From Phoronis australis (lineage: Eukaryota > Animalia > Phoronida), in the NCBI GenBank assembly GCA_002633005.1, contig NMRA01000460.1, positions 177,653 to 241,652 on the forward strand: a stretch of 64,000 bases of DNA, in the 5' to 3' direction. Under the pieces are notes generated by a model that saw only the letters and a list, made by a program, of their open reading frames with translations, ran no database searches and had not been told where the DNA came from. The translations under genes were made by a program, and so were the position numbers. This document shows positions 23,867-36,810 of this stretch, piece after piece (within the stretch, counting starts at the first letter, position 1; each line of letters starts with the position of its first letter).

Positions 23867-24600
23867 TTGTTTGCTCACACTCTACAGGTCTCAATTTTCG
23901 TCCAATTCTCACAAAATTCACAAAACAGCTCGCAGAGCTGGAAGCCTATTGTTAGTCGTCAAGATCGGATTCAAGATTGCGGTCACGAGGGCCATTTTGT
24001 TTTCGAATTCAGATTCAAATGTTCATAGAGGCCGCATTCTTAACATACACGGCTGAAAATTGATAGGATTATTGTACCTGACGTGTTCTATGGATTTGCT
24101 GGAAATAATTTACTTTCGGTCAAATATTGCGGAAATATCGGCCACTGCGCATGCGCACCTCGATTCTGGTACGAATAGTTTTGTCCTGTAGAAGGCGCAT
24201 TGCAGGATCAATTGCTTCGAAATTTTTCATGATAGAAATTTTCCAGTGACTAGCTATTATCAAGTGCTGCTTAACCGGAAGTTGCTTTCAAGAATGCGGA
24301 TCTGGCGCATTTTCATCCATTTTCAATGTTGCTGGAGTGCTATTTTTAACGGGAAGAGGAAATAACGTGAATTTTTGCATGTGGATTCTCTGAGGTATAC
24401 TCTTTCAAACGACCTATAACAATTTTTTTTTTCACAGACTTACCGTTTTTGAGTTACCGGTATCTGACTTTGAATTTCAAAAAAAAATGCAAAATTTGAA
24501 AATTCTCGAAAATTTGGTGGAATTTTGTGAAATTACATCGTTAAATAGAAATTTTGACGGGCTTTGAAAAGATGTTTTCCATTTTTCACCACAATGTATA
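23867..24600 (+). mobile_element. Non-autonomous element, same family as 18770-19315
   Basis: Extensive collinear similarity, e.g. ggccattttgttttcgaattcagattcaaatg and gcgcatgcgcacctcgatt. Confidence 0.7.
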
Positions 24601-26140
24601 CTTTTTGAATTCTTCGAAATTTCCTGATAACGCTGTTCATTCCTTTGTTGTCAGATTTTGCTACCCTTTTGTTGGTTTACCGTCTATTGCACAAAACTAG
24701 CATATTTTTTATTCATTTCTGACATCTCCATTCGTCATATGATTGTTATCATCATATTCATCATTGCCACTTCCATCGTCATCATCTTTATCATCATCTT
24801 CATTGTCGTCTGTTCAGTCAATTTCCCTAAATGTCGCTCCTCCGGGCGCTTTAATTTTTTTTTCATTTTTTTGTAGCTCACGTTCCAAATAATGAGCGCA
24901 ATTTGGCGTTCAACGGCACTGAACGCTGGTATGCTTCATTGGTACTGGGCCGGAGTCGCATGCAAGGCGTCGGCGCTGAAGCCTCAGTTGTTTTTCTAAT
25001 CACAGCGCTCAGCACCCGAAACATCAATATCTTCCAACTTAACAACATCCCGTTGCTAGTATGTGTGTTTCACATACATGTTTTGAGATTAGATTTTTGG
25101 CTACTTATTTCCTGCCATGCATCAGAAAAAGTACATATACAAGTCATATATTCATTCTCTGTGTCTTCTACAAGTTGTTGAGTTCAAGTTAAATTAGAAG
25201 CTCAGGTTAACAGGACAAGTTAGCAGATCACCAACTGTGAACCTGTTCGCGTGTAACGTGCAAAAACCGGCGGCGTTGTTTTAATCTATCCTTTCTTGTC
25301 GGCATCGGATCTCTGACTTGCGTCACTACTACCAGAACTTAATATTGTGAGCTGAAGCCAATAGTTAGTGTTTATTGCGCTGACAGAAATTAAACCATCA
25401 CCCAACTAACACTGTTGTTTCGTTATCACGGGCAAATAAGGCTTTGGGCAATTTACAAAATTAATTAATTTTTCATTTTTGACCTGTTCATCAGTTTCGA
25501 CATTAATTCTCAATTGATTTCCTACGTTAATCATAATTATTTGTTATTAGGCCACTTAAAAGAACAATTGTGACCAATTAATAAGTTTCAATTAACTTAG
25601 AGTAAATCTCAAGTATCAACATCCGTGAGGCCTGTTCATGCGAATCTTTTGCTATTTTTCCCGGAATCATGTATCGTGATTCCTCAATTATTGGTTTTCT
25701 TCACTCGAATGAAAATTTTGCAGAATGTAATCATGGAAAATATTCTTAAAAAATCCGCAAAGAGACTCCCTCGAACGTGCCTTATTGTTCCTTAAGACCC
25801 GTCGTGCATTACCAGTAGAACACGGTTCTGGCGTTTACCATGCATACCTGAGCTCCGTTCCGTAAATGTAAGAATCTCTCGATAACTTGCATGTGATCGT
25901 GCGTTTCTACGAGATTCTTGCATCTCCAGAACGCAGCCAGTTGCGTGCAGAGGTTTGCACGATTTCCGTTATTGAATGCAGCTCCCACGTCCTCCTAGGC
26001 AAATCGAGCCGTCCAGTTATCTCTGATACGAAGACTTTTGGGTCGGACGGACGTCTTTATTGCTCCCAACTTCGTTCCTTCCTTGTGAACCCCTATTTTT
26101 GTTGTTGACACCCATTTTGCGCCAATCTTCCCCTCTGCCT

Positions 26141-26718
26141 CCCGGGGGAGATACTCCAGTATTGAGGTGTGCGAGATGTGCTGTCCAAAAATCAACATAC
26201 CCACCCTTCCGTAGACCTTTTCCAGTAGAAAAGATATCCATTTATAGACAAATTCCGTAAAATGTCATCATTCTGTAGAAAATCCATAAATTGTCACCCT
26301 TACGTAGGAAAATCTCATATAAAACTCACGTTTTGTGATCCTTCCGGTAGCACTGTTCAGTATGCAAACTAATTCACCGGGTTCACAGGCCGAGAAACCT
26401 GGGTGAGAAAAGATTGCATCTCGGTGATCGCATTCTGAAAGCCGCAAATACACTTCCAGTGTGTGTAAGTGATCAATCTCAAAGGCGGGACTAAATCATA
26501 CTTTTCTATAGAGATTTGATGAAAATGCTGCCTTTTGTAGTAATTTTTAACTAAAATATATGACCCTTTCGTTGGGACTTAAGACGAAAATGGTACCCTT
26601 CCGTAGGCCTAAAGATTTCAGACGGAAAAGGTACCCTTTTCGTAGGGAATCTGACAGAAAAGGTGACCCTCCCGTGATGCACATCCTGTATACCCCACAT
26701 TTGAAAGTACCCCCAGGC
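26141..26718. mobile_element. MITE with CCCGGGGG-type termini (CMC/EnSpm-like)
   Basis: cccgggggagatact ... aagtacccccagg imperfect TIRs; internal acccttccgtag repeats in both orientations. Confidence 0.5.
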
Positions 26719-27309
26719 CCAACCCCGTTCTCACAGTTGCGATGCCTCTCCCGATGTGGATGCCCCCTCGGCACGCTACTGAACGCAGCCCCGGCATATG
26801 TGACGAGCAATACAGTAGTCTCGTCCCAGTCTCAGCTCGTGTGCGCAATCGGCCTACGTGGCCAACTTACTCTACGTCATTTCTGTGACTTGTCAGCCGG
26901 AATAGATCGGAGCCTTCTAGTCTCTCCATTGAGGAAAAAAAATGGCGTGCATTCAATAACGCTAGGACCCACGCTAGGTCCTACATAAAATCTAGCCAAA
27001 GTCACGTGTTGTCATTTAAATACACGTCAATATCTCACGTGGTCTCGCGAAGTCTTGCTTTTCCGCGAGGTCTTAGCGTTACTGAACGGGAGATGGTTCT
27101 CCATGGGTTTTGCCTAGCAGAACTGACATCATTGGACCTTTCTTCACTCTGTCGAGAATCGTATGCTAATAATGAAGTTTTGAGCCATTTCACATCAAAA
27201 GCCCAGCCTATGAGCTCAAAAACTCTAACCTGTCTTGCATTTTTGGCACTTTTGCTCCTACTGAAGAGCAAGTAAAGCAACAAAAAGTGGCAAAAACTCA
27301 CAAAAATGA

Positions 27310-27720
27310 CCTTACAGCCCAAAACCACCACTTCCCTGCCGATGTGCAATATACACCAACACTAGATTCTGAAAGCAAATTTCATAGACCCTCAAAGGTG
27401 CGATCCAAACGTGCTGCCAGCCACCTATATTTCTTGCAATTCTGGCTTACCTGAAATCGTAGCCGATTCCTCAGTCGCTACTCTGCAATGCACAAATGTA
27501 AATGGGTGCCACCATCTTGAAGAAAAGGGCATCTACTGCAGAACAGATTTTTTTTCTCAATCTCAATATGACTACAAATACAAACAAACCAGATTCACTG
27601 AACGTACATGCAACGCCAACCCAAAACTACCCCCAAACCTAGCCTACCCCTGGAATTCATTTTTGCAAGTGCAAAGTGGCCGCGGTTGCAGTCTAACTTT
27701 TCAGTGCCACCTATGGTACT
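27310..27720 (+). repeat. Dispersed repeat shared with ~40590-41000 (piggyBac-like ttaacccttt terminus at 40512)
   Basis: Shared cccaaaa.caccacttccctgccgatg, ccaccatcttgaagaa and ggccgcgg..gcag.ctaact.ttcagtgccacctat. Confidence 0.6.
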
Positions 27721-28696
27721 TGCATTGCAAGTGAATCGTGTGATTACATGTACATCAGTTTTTTTCTCGAGAGTCTTGGGTCTACGGAACGCAGCCCTGA
27801 TCGCTGTCCATAAGGACTTATGGTTTCAATTAACATCAATATTGCCATTATATTTTCACGTGTGCTTACATCCTGCTTGCAGCCAACCGAACTAATTGCT
27901 TTGTGCAATTTCAATTCTTGCATTTAACATGACTAGATATCCTCCATATCCCTGACACTGCAATGGCGAGAAATCTATCACAGAGGCAATTCATTTTGAA
28001 ACGTGACGGCTAGTGCCAGATTCCAACAGAAATATAGCTGCTGCAAAGAATATGATTTTGGTGTTTTATTAGCCAAAAACATGCTTCAGTAGTTGATTCC
28101 TTCCCTTTTGAACCACCACTGTCCATTCTGTTCAAATTATATCGCAATGATCAATAACAATTATCCCTGACGCCAACTTTAATGACAAAGCAGTTTAGTG
28201 CATTCCGTATTAATCGAATCAACTTGCTGAAAAAAGTCGATGTTTTGTTGTGATGGGTTTAAAATGGAAGTCGTAAAATAAGAAATGAGGCAAAGACAGC
28301 GATCACCACGACTCCTCTTTGGCAAGAGATGATGTAATTAACAGCAGGTCTTCGCCTGTTTGTGAAATTGAATACCATTTGCAATAAAATTTTATTATAA
28401 GGATACCAAACCTGGTTTTGATCTATTAAAACAGTCAAAAAGATATTTTTATCTTGTTCTCTGGAACAAAATAATGTTCTGTAACCCTCGACAACCCCCA
28501 AATGTTTCGAGCAAATTTTGAAAATTCCATACGCGAAGAGTCTACTAAAGCGAACAAGTGATCTACGCTTTAGGCGAGTTACAGGACAACTGTAAGGAAA
28601 GATCGCTCGCGACACAGAGGATGTGCATTTTTTAGTTGAATCTTGCTTTTATCATTCGAGTGGGACGCCAATTATGCATTTGCAGGTGGCAGAACG

Positions 28697-28830
28697 AAGA
28701 TTAGTTGATATGACCAAAGCAGAGTTTAGTATCGTTTTAAATAAGACGGATAAAATTCAGATTAAGATTAGTTGATATGACCAAAGCAGAGTTTAGTATC
28801 GTTTTAAATAAGACGGATAAAATTCAGATT
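28697..28830 (+). repeat. Perfect 67-bp tandem duplication
   Basis: aagattagttgatatgacc...aaattcagatt present twice. Confidence 0.9.
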
Positions 28831-29419
28831 AAGCAATTTTTCTCGTATTTCGTACACCAAATTGAAGGGATAGTTACCTTCGATACGGGCACAAAAATTC
28901 TGAAAGCCGCATGTCCTTGCATTCTGTAACAACAGCGCAACAATTTAATAGGAGCCCCCGAAAAATTCTGATCTGCAATTTCTGTTAGAGAGTGTAGACA
29001 GCGCTTTGAGGATTTTTGATACCCAGATCAAAGGTCACAATTCCTTTCGATGTACAATATACAAAAATTCGGCTTAATTTGTGTTTTAGCTGCCTTATCT
29101 CAACAACTCAACTTTAAGGAGCCCCCTTTGATAGTATCGACTGCCGCTCTTTTCCTGTTTTTGAAATGACACACCTGGTATTCTTTCATACTTAGGGGCC
29201 CACTCTCGAAGGACAAGGCCCTCGATGATTGCTCCACTTACAGATAATAGAATCAATTTCCGTGCGACTTTCTTGTTTTCTTTTGTGAAATAATACATCC
29301 CTCCGTGTTAACCCCCGTGATGGAATCATGTGCCTGTCTTTTTCTGATTTTATTATGACTACTTCTGGAGCAAGTTTTCTGTTATACAGAATTTGTTGAA
29401 GCTATGAAGTCCCTGCACG

Positions 29420-30150
29420 TCGGACTGGTGTCACCAAAAAGATATTTTACAAAAATGTCATGTCTAATAATTACCTCCAGGACGAACACGCCATTAAGAA
29501 AATCATAAGGGACAATGTTAAAGTTTGTAAGCCTGATGATTACCTTGATGTTATTATTTATTATCGGAATAGGAAGTCCTCCAACTTGGTCATGAAAAAT
29601 AACATTTCTAAAGCACAGTGTAGTGTTGTTTATGAATTTGTATGCCCTATGAACGAATGTCTTCGTTCAAACGTCAAACAATGTTACATTGGTCTAACGG
29701 TTTGCAGCCTTTCCCGTCGGTTATCCATGCATCTTCAAAATGGCGCGATTCAAGATCATTTTCTGCAATACCACGCACGTAAAATAACCCGTCAAGAAAT
29801 TGTGGAAAACACGTCAATTCGCTACGTGGAGCAAGATGTGCTGCGTTTGAAAGTATTAGAGTACCTTTTAGTTGCTTTTGAGAAGCCTGTTTTGAATGAG
29901 CAGCAAACAGGGTCGCGCCGCACGTTACACTTGTTTGTGTGACTTTCCTGTTACCCCAATTCATTAGTCATTCTTTGCAGTATTTCACACCCGCCGTGTC
30001 TCACTGTGTGTGTCGTCAGCTTATACTCTGTGGTGGCAATACTGCGTCATTTTATCTTCACTTGAGAATGAAACAAGTACTTTGTTTCGAAATATCGTGT
30101 GTCTTTTAATTATGTCGCTAGGTCAGTTACTGTATCTATGTTCAGTTGAG
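29420..30150 (+). mobile_element. 5'-truncated Penelope-like retroelement (Naiad-like) with GIY-YIG endonuclease end
   Basis: ORF 29460-29942: VVYEFVCP..C..YIGLT..LSRRLSMH..IQDH..H..LKVLE..KPVLNEQ, followed by a hammerhead-like motif. Confidence 0.85.
30059..30099 (+). ncRNA. Minimal variant hammerhead ribozyme in the Penelope-like pLTR
   Basis: cac-ttgagaat-gaaacaa(gtact)ttgtttc-gaaa-tatc-gtg: variant core, 7-bp helix II, GAAA, short palindromic helix III, 3-bp helix I. Confidence 0.65.
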
Positions 30151-30541
30151 AGTAGAGTTTTGCTCAGAAAGTATGAACGCAACGGAATAAAGACCGTGAT
30201 TTTATTATCCTTATGTCTCTCCGGGTCAGCTGTCTGTTTTGTCCCCTAAAAAGCGAATCATCCCTAGAAAGCGCGACGTAAATAAACAAGCCCGCACTTG
30301 GCGACTTGTTTATTTAAAACACTGGAATCACTGTAATATCAATTTAGTGAGCCGGGGATGTCAGAATGCCGTGGAAGGTGTTTTTGCTTGCTGGGTTGCT
30401 GCACGTTTGTAGCTCTGTGGAACTTTACGAAGACGTAAGTACCACAAGTACTATGTGTAGTTTCTGATTTTATGTTCACTGTCGATACCGGAATAGAAAG
30501 GAATTGAACGGCACTCAGATATTTGCACCAATTTATCAACG

Positions 30542-30846
30542 CCTAGGGTAGACAGTGGCACCGTCTCGACTGACTGTCGGGACCGTGAAGCTTTTCGGCG
30601 AATTATGCCCCGCACTGATTCAAACATCAAAGTCTACCTTTTGCGCATAGAGGGACATCTTAGGAGGCCGTCGATATCATTAATTCCTTCCAACTCGAAC
30701 AAACTGGCCATTTTTAACTCTGCACGCGCCAGGAGATATGAAGCCATAACGGTGACTTTGATGTTTTAATCAGTGTAAGGCATAATTCGCCCATAGGAGC
30801 TTCACCGTCCCGATAGTCAGTCGTGACAGCGGCACTGTCTCCAGGG
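30542..30846. mobile_element. MITE with ~90-bp imperfect TIRs
   Basis: gacagtggcaccgtc..ggcgaattatgcc..cactgatt.aaacatcaaagtc mirrored by gactttgatgttt.aatcagtg..ggcataattcgcc..ggcactgtc. Confidence 0.8.
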
Positions 30847-30897
30847 ATGCTTTGTCACTAGTCAGGACAATTGGTGTCACAGCGAGTAATCACGTCT

Positions 30898-31158
30898 CAT
30901 GCGCACCCGGAAGGGGGGGCTCCGGGGGCTCGAACGAGCCCACCCATTTGGCGAAGTGGGCAAAAAGGTCCGCCACAGAGAAACAAAAATTCCCAGAAAA
31001 CGAGACAAATTCCATCAAAAAGGCGCAGACGCACAGTTCACAGTTCTGAAGGTGGTTCCCCCTTTTTTGTTTTTTAGTCCTGCCGCCTTTTTTGTCAGCG
31101 AAAGGTCCACATCGTCAGAAATTCGAGCCCCCAATATTAAAGGCTGGGTGCGCGCATG
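30898..31158 (+). mobile_element. GC-rich MITE (CA..TG termini, probable 5-bp TSD)
   Basis: catgcgcaccc ... gggtgcgcgcatg; flanks cgtct / cgtca. Confidence 0.75.
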
Positions 31159-31619
31159 CGTCATCGCAGATCATGATTGCATGCAATGTTAGTGTTACAG
31201 CGGCTCAAATAAGCTTCCAATTTTCTTGTGGTTATGGAGTCTGATAACCCGACCGAACCTTTGAGTAAGTTTTTTCATACTTATTTGATCAATCAAACTC
31301 ACGTATACATACTGCTTTCTAAAAGACCTGTTTAGCAGAAGCACAGTTAAACATTTAATAAATATAGCCGAATAAGTACACAACTTCATTTTCCTGACGT
31401 GTTCCGAGGTTCACTCCTCATTCTCAAAGGTACAAGAACCAGCATAATGTAAAGGTCATGGTAACATTGGATAAAAGCACTCTTAAATGTGCAAGTGCAC
31501 CACCTTGGTCTCACATTGTTTTGAAGTTATTGTCTAGAGTTGAGGCTAGTTTACCATTGTGTTATTGACCTATCGTGTCTCACACCTGCATGACCTTTGA
31601 ATGTTTTAGGGAACATTTC

Positions 31620-32270
31620 ACCTTTAAATTTTGGCTTAGACCCATATGTCCCGCATTTTATCCTGAAGTCCCGCTTTTCAATCCTGTTGTTACGTGCACC
31701 CTACATTTAGCAAAGTCGCAGCAGTTGAACAAACACCCGCTCCGCGCAGTTACGCCCGCACATTGCTCTACTGCTATCATTAGTTTCTGAATGACGCCAG
31801 TACGGTTCAGAAGCCATTGTATGATTGCTGCGGGGTGGAGCAAAATGGCGTTGGAGCAAAAACGAGTCTGACGCTGAGGTTAGGTCTGAAAAGTTTCTCA
31901 CGTTGTAGTTATGAATGCATTATTAACCGGATTTGACGGTTAAATTGCGCTGTGAATGCATCACCTACAACGGGAGTCGTAGCTGTTATCGCATGCGGAA
32001 TGTATAATGGGTGTGAGAAATCGATTTCGTTCGTTTGTGTCCCTCACGCTCACTCTGCTTCCGTGGGAAATTACGCACTGCTAGATCGTGAGGCTGTTGC
32101 GATTATTTTTGGAGTGAAACACTTTCAGTTTTCTGTGTGGTCGCGAGTTAACGAACTTTACTGAGCATTTGCCCTTGCTTGGCATTTTGAAAGAGTGAGG
32201 GTAAAAAGATACCGGTCATGTGTTCTCCGAATGTTATCAAATTACGGGTACTGTTTACGACATAAATCCG
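31620..32270 (+). mobile_element. Highly degenerate Gypsy RT-RNase H fragment
   Basis: NASPTTGVVAV..GCEKSISF..NYALLDREAVAIIFGVKHF..TEHLPLLGIL. Confidence 0.7.
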
Positions 32271-33506
32271 GTGTACTACGGTGCTGCGCTCAGCAAGTTA
32301 TCTCTGGATGTCAATGACCCGGTCAACGTTCTGTATCCGAGTAAGTAGGCCTACGGTCAGGGTTCGACATAAGTGAGTAAACGCTGAAAAAATACGAGTG
32401 GAGAAATAAAAACTATAATGGTACTCAACTCGTATCACTCGTACGGGTGCCGAGCGGACGTTCGATGTTTTTTTTTTGGTCGTCGCAGTTGCCGGCAACC
32501 ACATCTCCGTCTGTAGACCCGTCGATCGTGTCCAGTGTTCCTTACGACCTGGTTTGAGAAATCCTGCGTCCTCTTATAATTAATGATTGCCATTTAAACA
32601 TTCGAATAAACGACAATTAAGCCCTGGCGAGCCTGAAAATCGTGGTGCAGGCGCTTGACCACTGGCTGAGCCAGAGAGTCGATCTAGTCACTCGCGACGG
32701 TGACCTTTGAAATTAAATTGCACACACTCGACGATCAAAGGATGTCCTAGCCTTGGTACAAAGCTGTATATAAATACACAGGTTTGCACCGATGTGGGTA
32801 AAAAAGTGGTAAGATAAAATCTGACACAAAATTAGTGTCATTAAAAACTACAGTCTTCCTTGAGTAAACGAAATTATTTTACAGTGTTGGAAAAATGGCG
32901 TTCTAGCGTTATTCTGCTGCTAAAGTTGTGGAGCGATCTTTAGCGACGGCTTTCGGCGCCATGAAGTATTGCGTCACCTATTGGCCAGTTTCTTTTTTCT
33001 CCGATTCTTCAATCAACTGCTGTTCTTTCACGAGCTTGCGTACACGTCACAACAAATTATTGGAACTGGTCTCACTTCATTATAATTTTTAAAATTCCGA
33101 TACCGAAAAACCGAATTTCAGAACAAATTTTGCTTCTCCGAAGTTGCCGCGAAAATTAAGGAAATGGCGCGTGTGCGTGACACGAGCGTATTGTTTTCGA
33201 AACGACGGCATACTCTTCATTGTTAAAAAAGGCGGAGAGTTACGCAAGAAAATGGCATTGTTTTTCACTTAAACGGCTGTAACGGGCAAGGTGAGTATCG
33301 GTTGATTCCCAGATTTTGCATGCACCCGTCCGGTCTTTACAAGTTTCACGGCGCGGTGACGAGCAGAACTACCCAGGCTGTGTGCAATTTCGGGGTCTAC
33401 GGAAGAAATACACACAGTGGGACCTAGCTGTATTTTGACGACAGTCATCATACAGCTAGCTGGCTGTCTAAATGGTACCTAGCTGTATTTTGACGACAAC
33501 CTTCAT

Positions 33507-35294
33507 AGACCCTATTCACGCCGACAGGAGGCGCGTTCCAAAACGAGGCTCGCTACGATAGCTCTGTTAGCTTATCGGCGTAGGAGTCTGTGTTTCAGTC
33601 CGTGTTGTTCCGCGAACGGCTAAAAAAATACGGACATGCCATTGTCTGCTTTACAATCTCTAAAGACATTGAGATTCGGAAGCGTTGGGTCGTTGCCATA
33701 CGCCGCGACGAAGCAAAATATGTCCGTGCAAAATAAATGTTTTCGAAAAATTAAATCATATTTTGTGGCATCTTGGTCACTAGTTGTCAAGCATCATAGT
33801 AACGACCGGAGAATGGGCCAGCCAGGCTGTATTTTCATGACTACGGATTTAGGGGGGAGGGGGCATGCCCCCCCTGAAATTGTATCAGATCCCATTTTTG
33901 AGTTCGGGTGCGAATTGCTGACTAGCACACGTGCGCAACCAGGGGTCTTGGGGGGTGAACTTAAACAACGCATAGGCGCTGAATGAACCCCGTTTACCGT
34001 TTTTTTTTTAGTTAACAGGTCCGCAAACCCAAGAATTCAAGACCCCTGCATCCCCAGATTTTAGGCTAGGCGCGCGCATCTGCCGAAATGCTGCTTATTC
34101 TTGTGCCCTGCCCCCCCCAACTCAAACCTGGGTTGAAACATTGATAATTTTTCTTTCCAAAAAGAACAGGGCCCTCAATCCCTCAAATTTGGGGCCCAAT
34201 ATCGGCCCTATTCCCCTCTCAAAAATATTGAAATATCACGCGAAATTCCCCCCACGAGGCATAAAAATTCCCCTAGTGAAAAATCTCTCTGAGTTCACAT
34301 CACCTGTAACCACACAGGTGACAATTCTTAAGAGCACAAAAGGCTACTTTAAATTGAGACAGAGCCTATGAGAGCTTGCAACAGGGCGGGGGGGCTATTG
34401 ATGGTGATCGGGAGGTAGATAGTTCCCGCCCTCACTCGGCGAAAAAATCGCCTCTCAGTAGGCACTGGTACTTTTCCCCTCGGATGAACGAGGTTCGTGC
34501 AGAAGCATGATAACTATGATTGCATTGTCCAGTTAACTGAAATTGAGTTCTAAAACGAGGTAATGCTTTGGACGAACGAATTAGGTGTTTTAATTTTAAA
34601 ATTCAACTTGGTCCAGATAGATATTTGAAATCTAACACATGAAATTGACGTAAGAATTATTACAACCAAGAAAGCAGAATTGATGGTCAAATAATTTTTA
34701 GTTTCAATTACTAGCTTGGTTTATTATTTTAATAAAAAATATATTTAATAACATCAATTATTCTTTCAGATCAATGACAAATCAACTGTTAGTCCCAGTG
34801 AGTGCATAGGATCAGGCTATGCTCGATGTTAATATTCTTGATCAACAAATTAAACCAGATGTGACTAATTGCACATGACAGCCACCACTGTCGAATATGA
34901 CTGCAACTCGTCAACAATACGAGCAGATGACCTGGTCCGCGTAGAAAGTATTTTGATCAACAATTTACAAGAAAAAACGTAACCCTACATTCAGCATAAT
35001 ACCTAATCCGTAACACTGCGATCGCCGCAATTTGGTCATATTTACTTTTCATGTTTCGAACCTAGTTTTCCGAAAAAAATTAAACCCTTTCGTCAGACAA
35101 CTCTTTGGCGTCTTAACTTGTTCTCTAATGTAATTTTCTACGTCTCTGTGGTTAATTGTCGACACATCATTAAAATTCAATATCCAGGTTGGACTCGAAA
35201 GACCGGCTATTTAACTCACGCAATGTCTACTTTCGCTTTTTTATCGCAGTGAGCCTCGCTTTGGATTTTAATGTCCGCCGCGTGAATAGAGTCT
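33507..35294 (+). mobile_element. ISL2EU/Harbinger-group-like non-autonomous DNA transposon with THAP remnant and nested MITE pieces
   Basis: at|agaccctattcacgc ... gcgtgaatagagtct|at (TIRs plus AT duplication); KDIEIRKRWVVAIRRDE at ~33660-33715. Confidence 0.7.
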
Positions 35295-36369
35295 ATACAG
35301 CTAGCTGGCTGGCTAAGGATTTCCCGTTGCCGTGCTAGTTAAATCTACTCTCTAAACGACACGTTCATTCGAGTAGCAAAGTACGCAATTTGACATAAAG
35401 TAGGAGAACATACACTTTTGAAAAATACCCGCGAAAATTCTAGGACTGACCTGCCATACGAATGTCACCAATGTCGTTAAAGAAGCAAACTAGATCAACT
35501 TAAACGCAAACTCCCTCCATTTGTTCGCGCTGGTGTAAAAATTTTGCAAACTCGAACGCTGAGAAAAACTTCCGCGAGACATTATATGCTCAGGCCGAAT
35601 GACGTATTGATGCGCGAGAATGATGAAGTGCACATTTCACAAGAAAATGTGCTAATGCTGTTAACGTATACAAAGCACAGAAATACTTCGACTTTGTGTG
35701 GAATTCTATTATTGGATGATTCGAGCAAAGATTTTATAGTTACCAGGGGATATAGTATCTTTGATTCGAGTTTGCGTCTTTGGCACAGAATACGCGCCAA
35801 ATCCCGGTCTTATTCACACCATAGAACTCTAGCTCTGGAATGCCAACTCCCTCACGTGACCTATGTTAACTATTCCAGTATTAGAACTTGCTAGCCCGAC
35901 ACAAGCCGCCAGAGTTTGCATTGAGAATAGCGGAGTTGCAACGCTGCCATATTGGAAATGGGTCAGAATGTTGCATTGTGGTTAAGCTGGTAAACAAGTA
36001 CGTCGGCAAGCGTGGGGGCGAACCGGCCACAGGGAGGTTATACGTGTTGTGTGCCTGGCATGCTATAATACCAGTTAGCGAAATAAAAAAAATAGTTACT
36101 ACCTGTTTCCCAAGGATCAAGAACTGCGTTAAACATGGGTCAGAGACATCGGAAGAGCTGGTAGCAAAGGCCGACTTCGTGAATTCGTTCCGACTTCGTA
36201 GCATAAAGTGTGCAGCGCTCATTTTGAGGGCGGCAAGAAAACGTATCTTAGAAACTGCCCAACAATATCTCCCTTCAAAGAAACAGTAACAAATACTCCA
36301 NTTGCCGATGCTATCGGGATGTTACCTGATTAATCTTCGATGACAGTCGGTACATTATGCAGCGCGCGC

Positions 36370-36810
36370 TTCTTGGTCGCGTGCTAACACTGGTCGAGTT
36401 TTTTTATTAGTCTTCGATTCACGGTTTTCACATGCACAAAGAAGTTTGAGGCCGGAGAAGATCTGTATTGGAAAGAAACAATGCAATCCCTCTCTTTGAC
36501 AAGTACGTTGTGTCTGTTTTCAAAGTCCAGACCCGCGTAGTGGGGCACATCCCTCGCAAGAACAGCAAAACTTCTGCGTTCTTTTTGAATCGCGGCGTAA
36601 GTTTGAAGTGTACGGACATAACGGTGAGGCTCGTGGTCCGTTACAAATTCAGGCTGTCGGATCTTTCAATTGATAAATTGGAGACGTTAGAACTGTATGT
36701 AGGGCATTTTTCGCATGTAGTTCATGGGCTGGGCGCTTACTTTAGCAAAGTCTGAAAACGCGTTGGGGCACTTGTTGAGCCATGGGCGCTAATTAGGGCG
36801 AATTGCGGCA
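36370..36810 (+). mobile_element. Tc1/pogo-like fragment with HIRAN-like remnant (copy 2)
   Basis: GFHMHKEV..GEDLYWKE..FDKYVVSV..VVGHIPRKNSK; ends gggcgctaattagggcgaattgcggca. Confidence 0.65.

Noticed and set aside
28259-28615. 118-aa minus-strand ORF
   Set aside because: No recognisable motif or splice support; typical chance ORF length here.
29943-30058. SECIS element or selenocysteine readthrough, as reported for some Naiad elements
   Set aside because: No AUGA..AA..GA stem-loop is visible after the stop, and the remaining ORF has no internal TGA.
33072-35630. Outer element with cacttcat / atgaagtg termini
   Set aside because: Only an 8-bp inverted match and no matching TSD.
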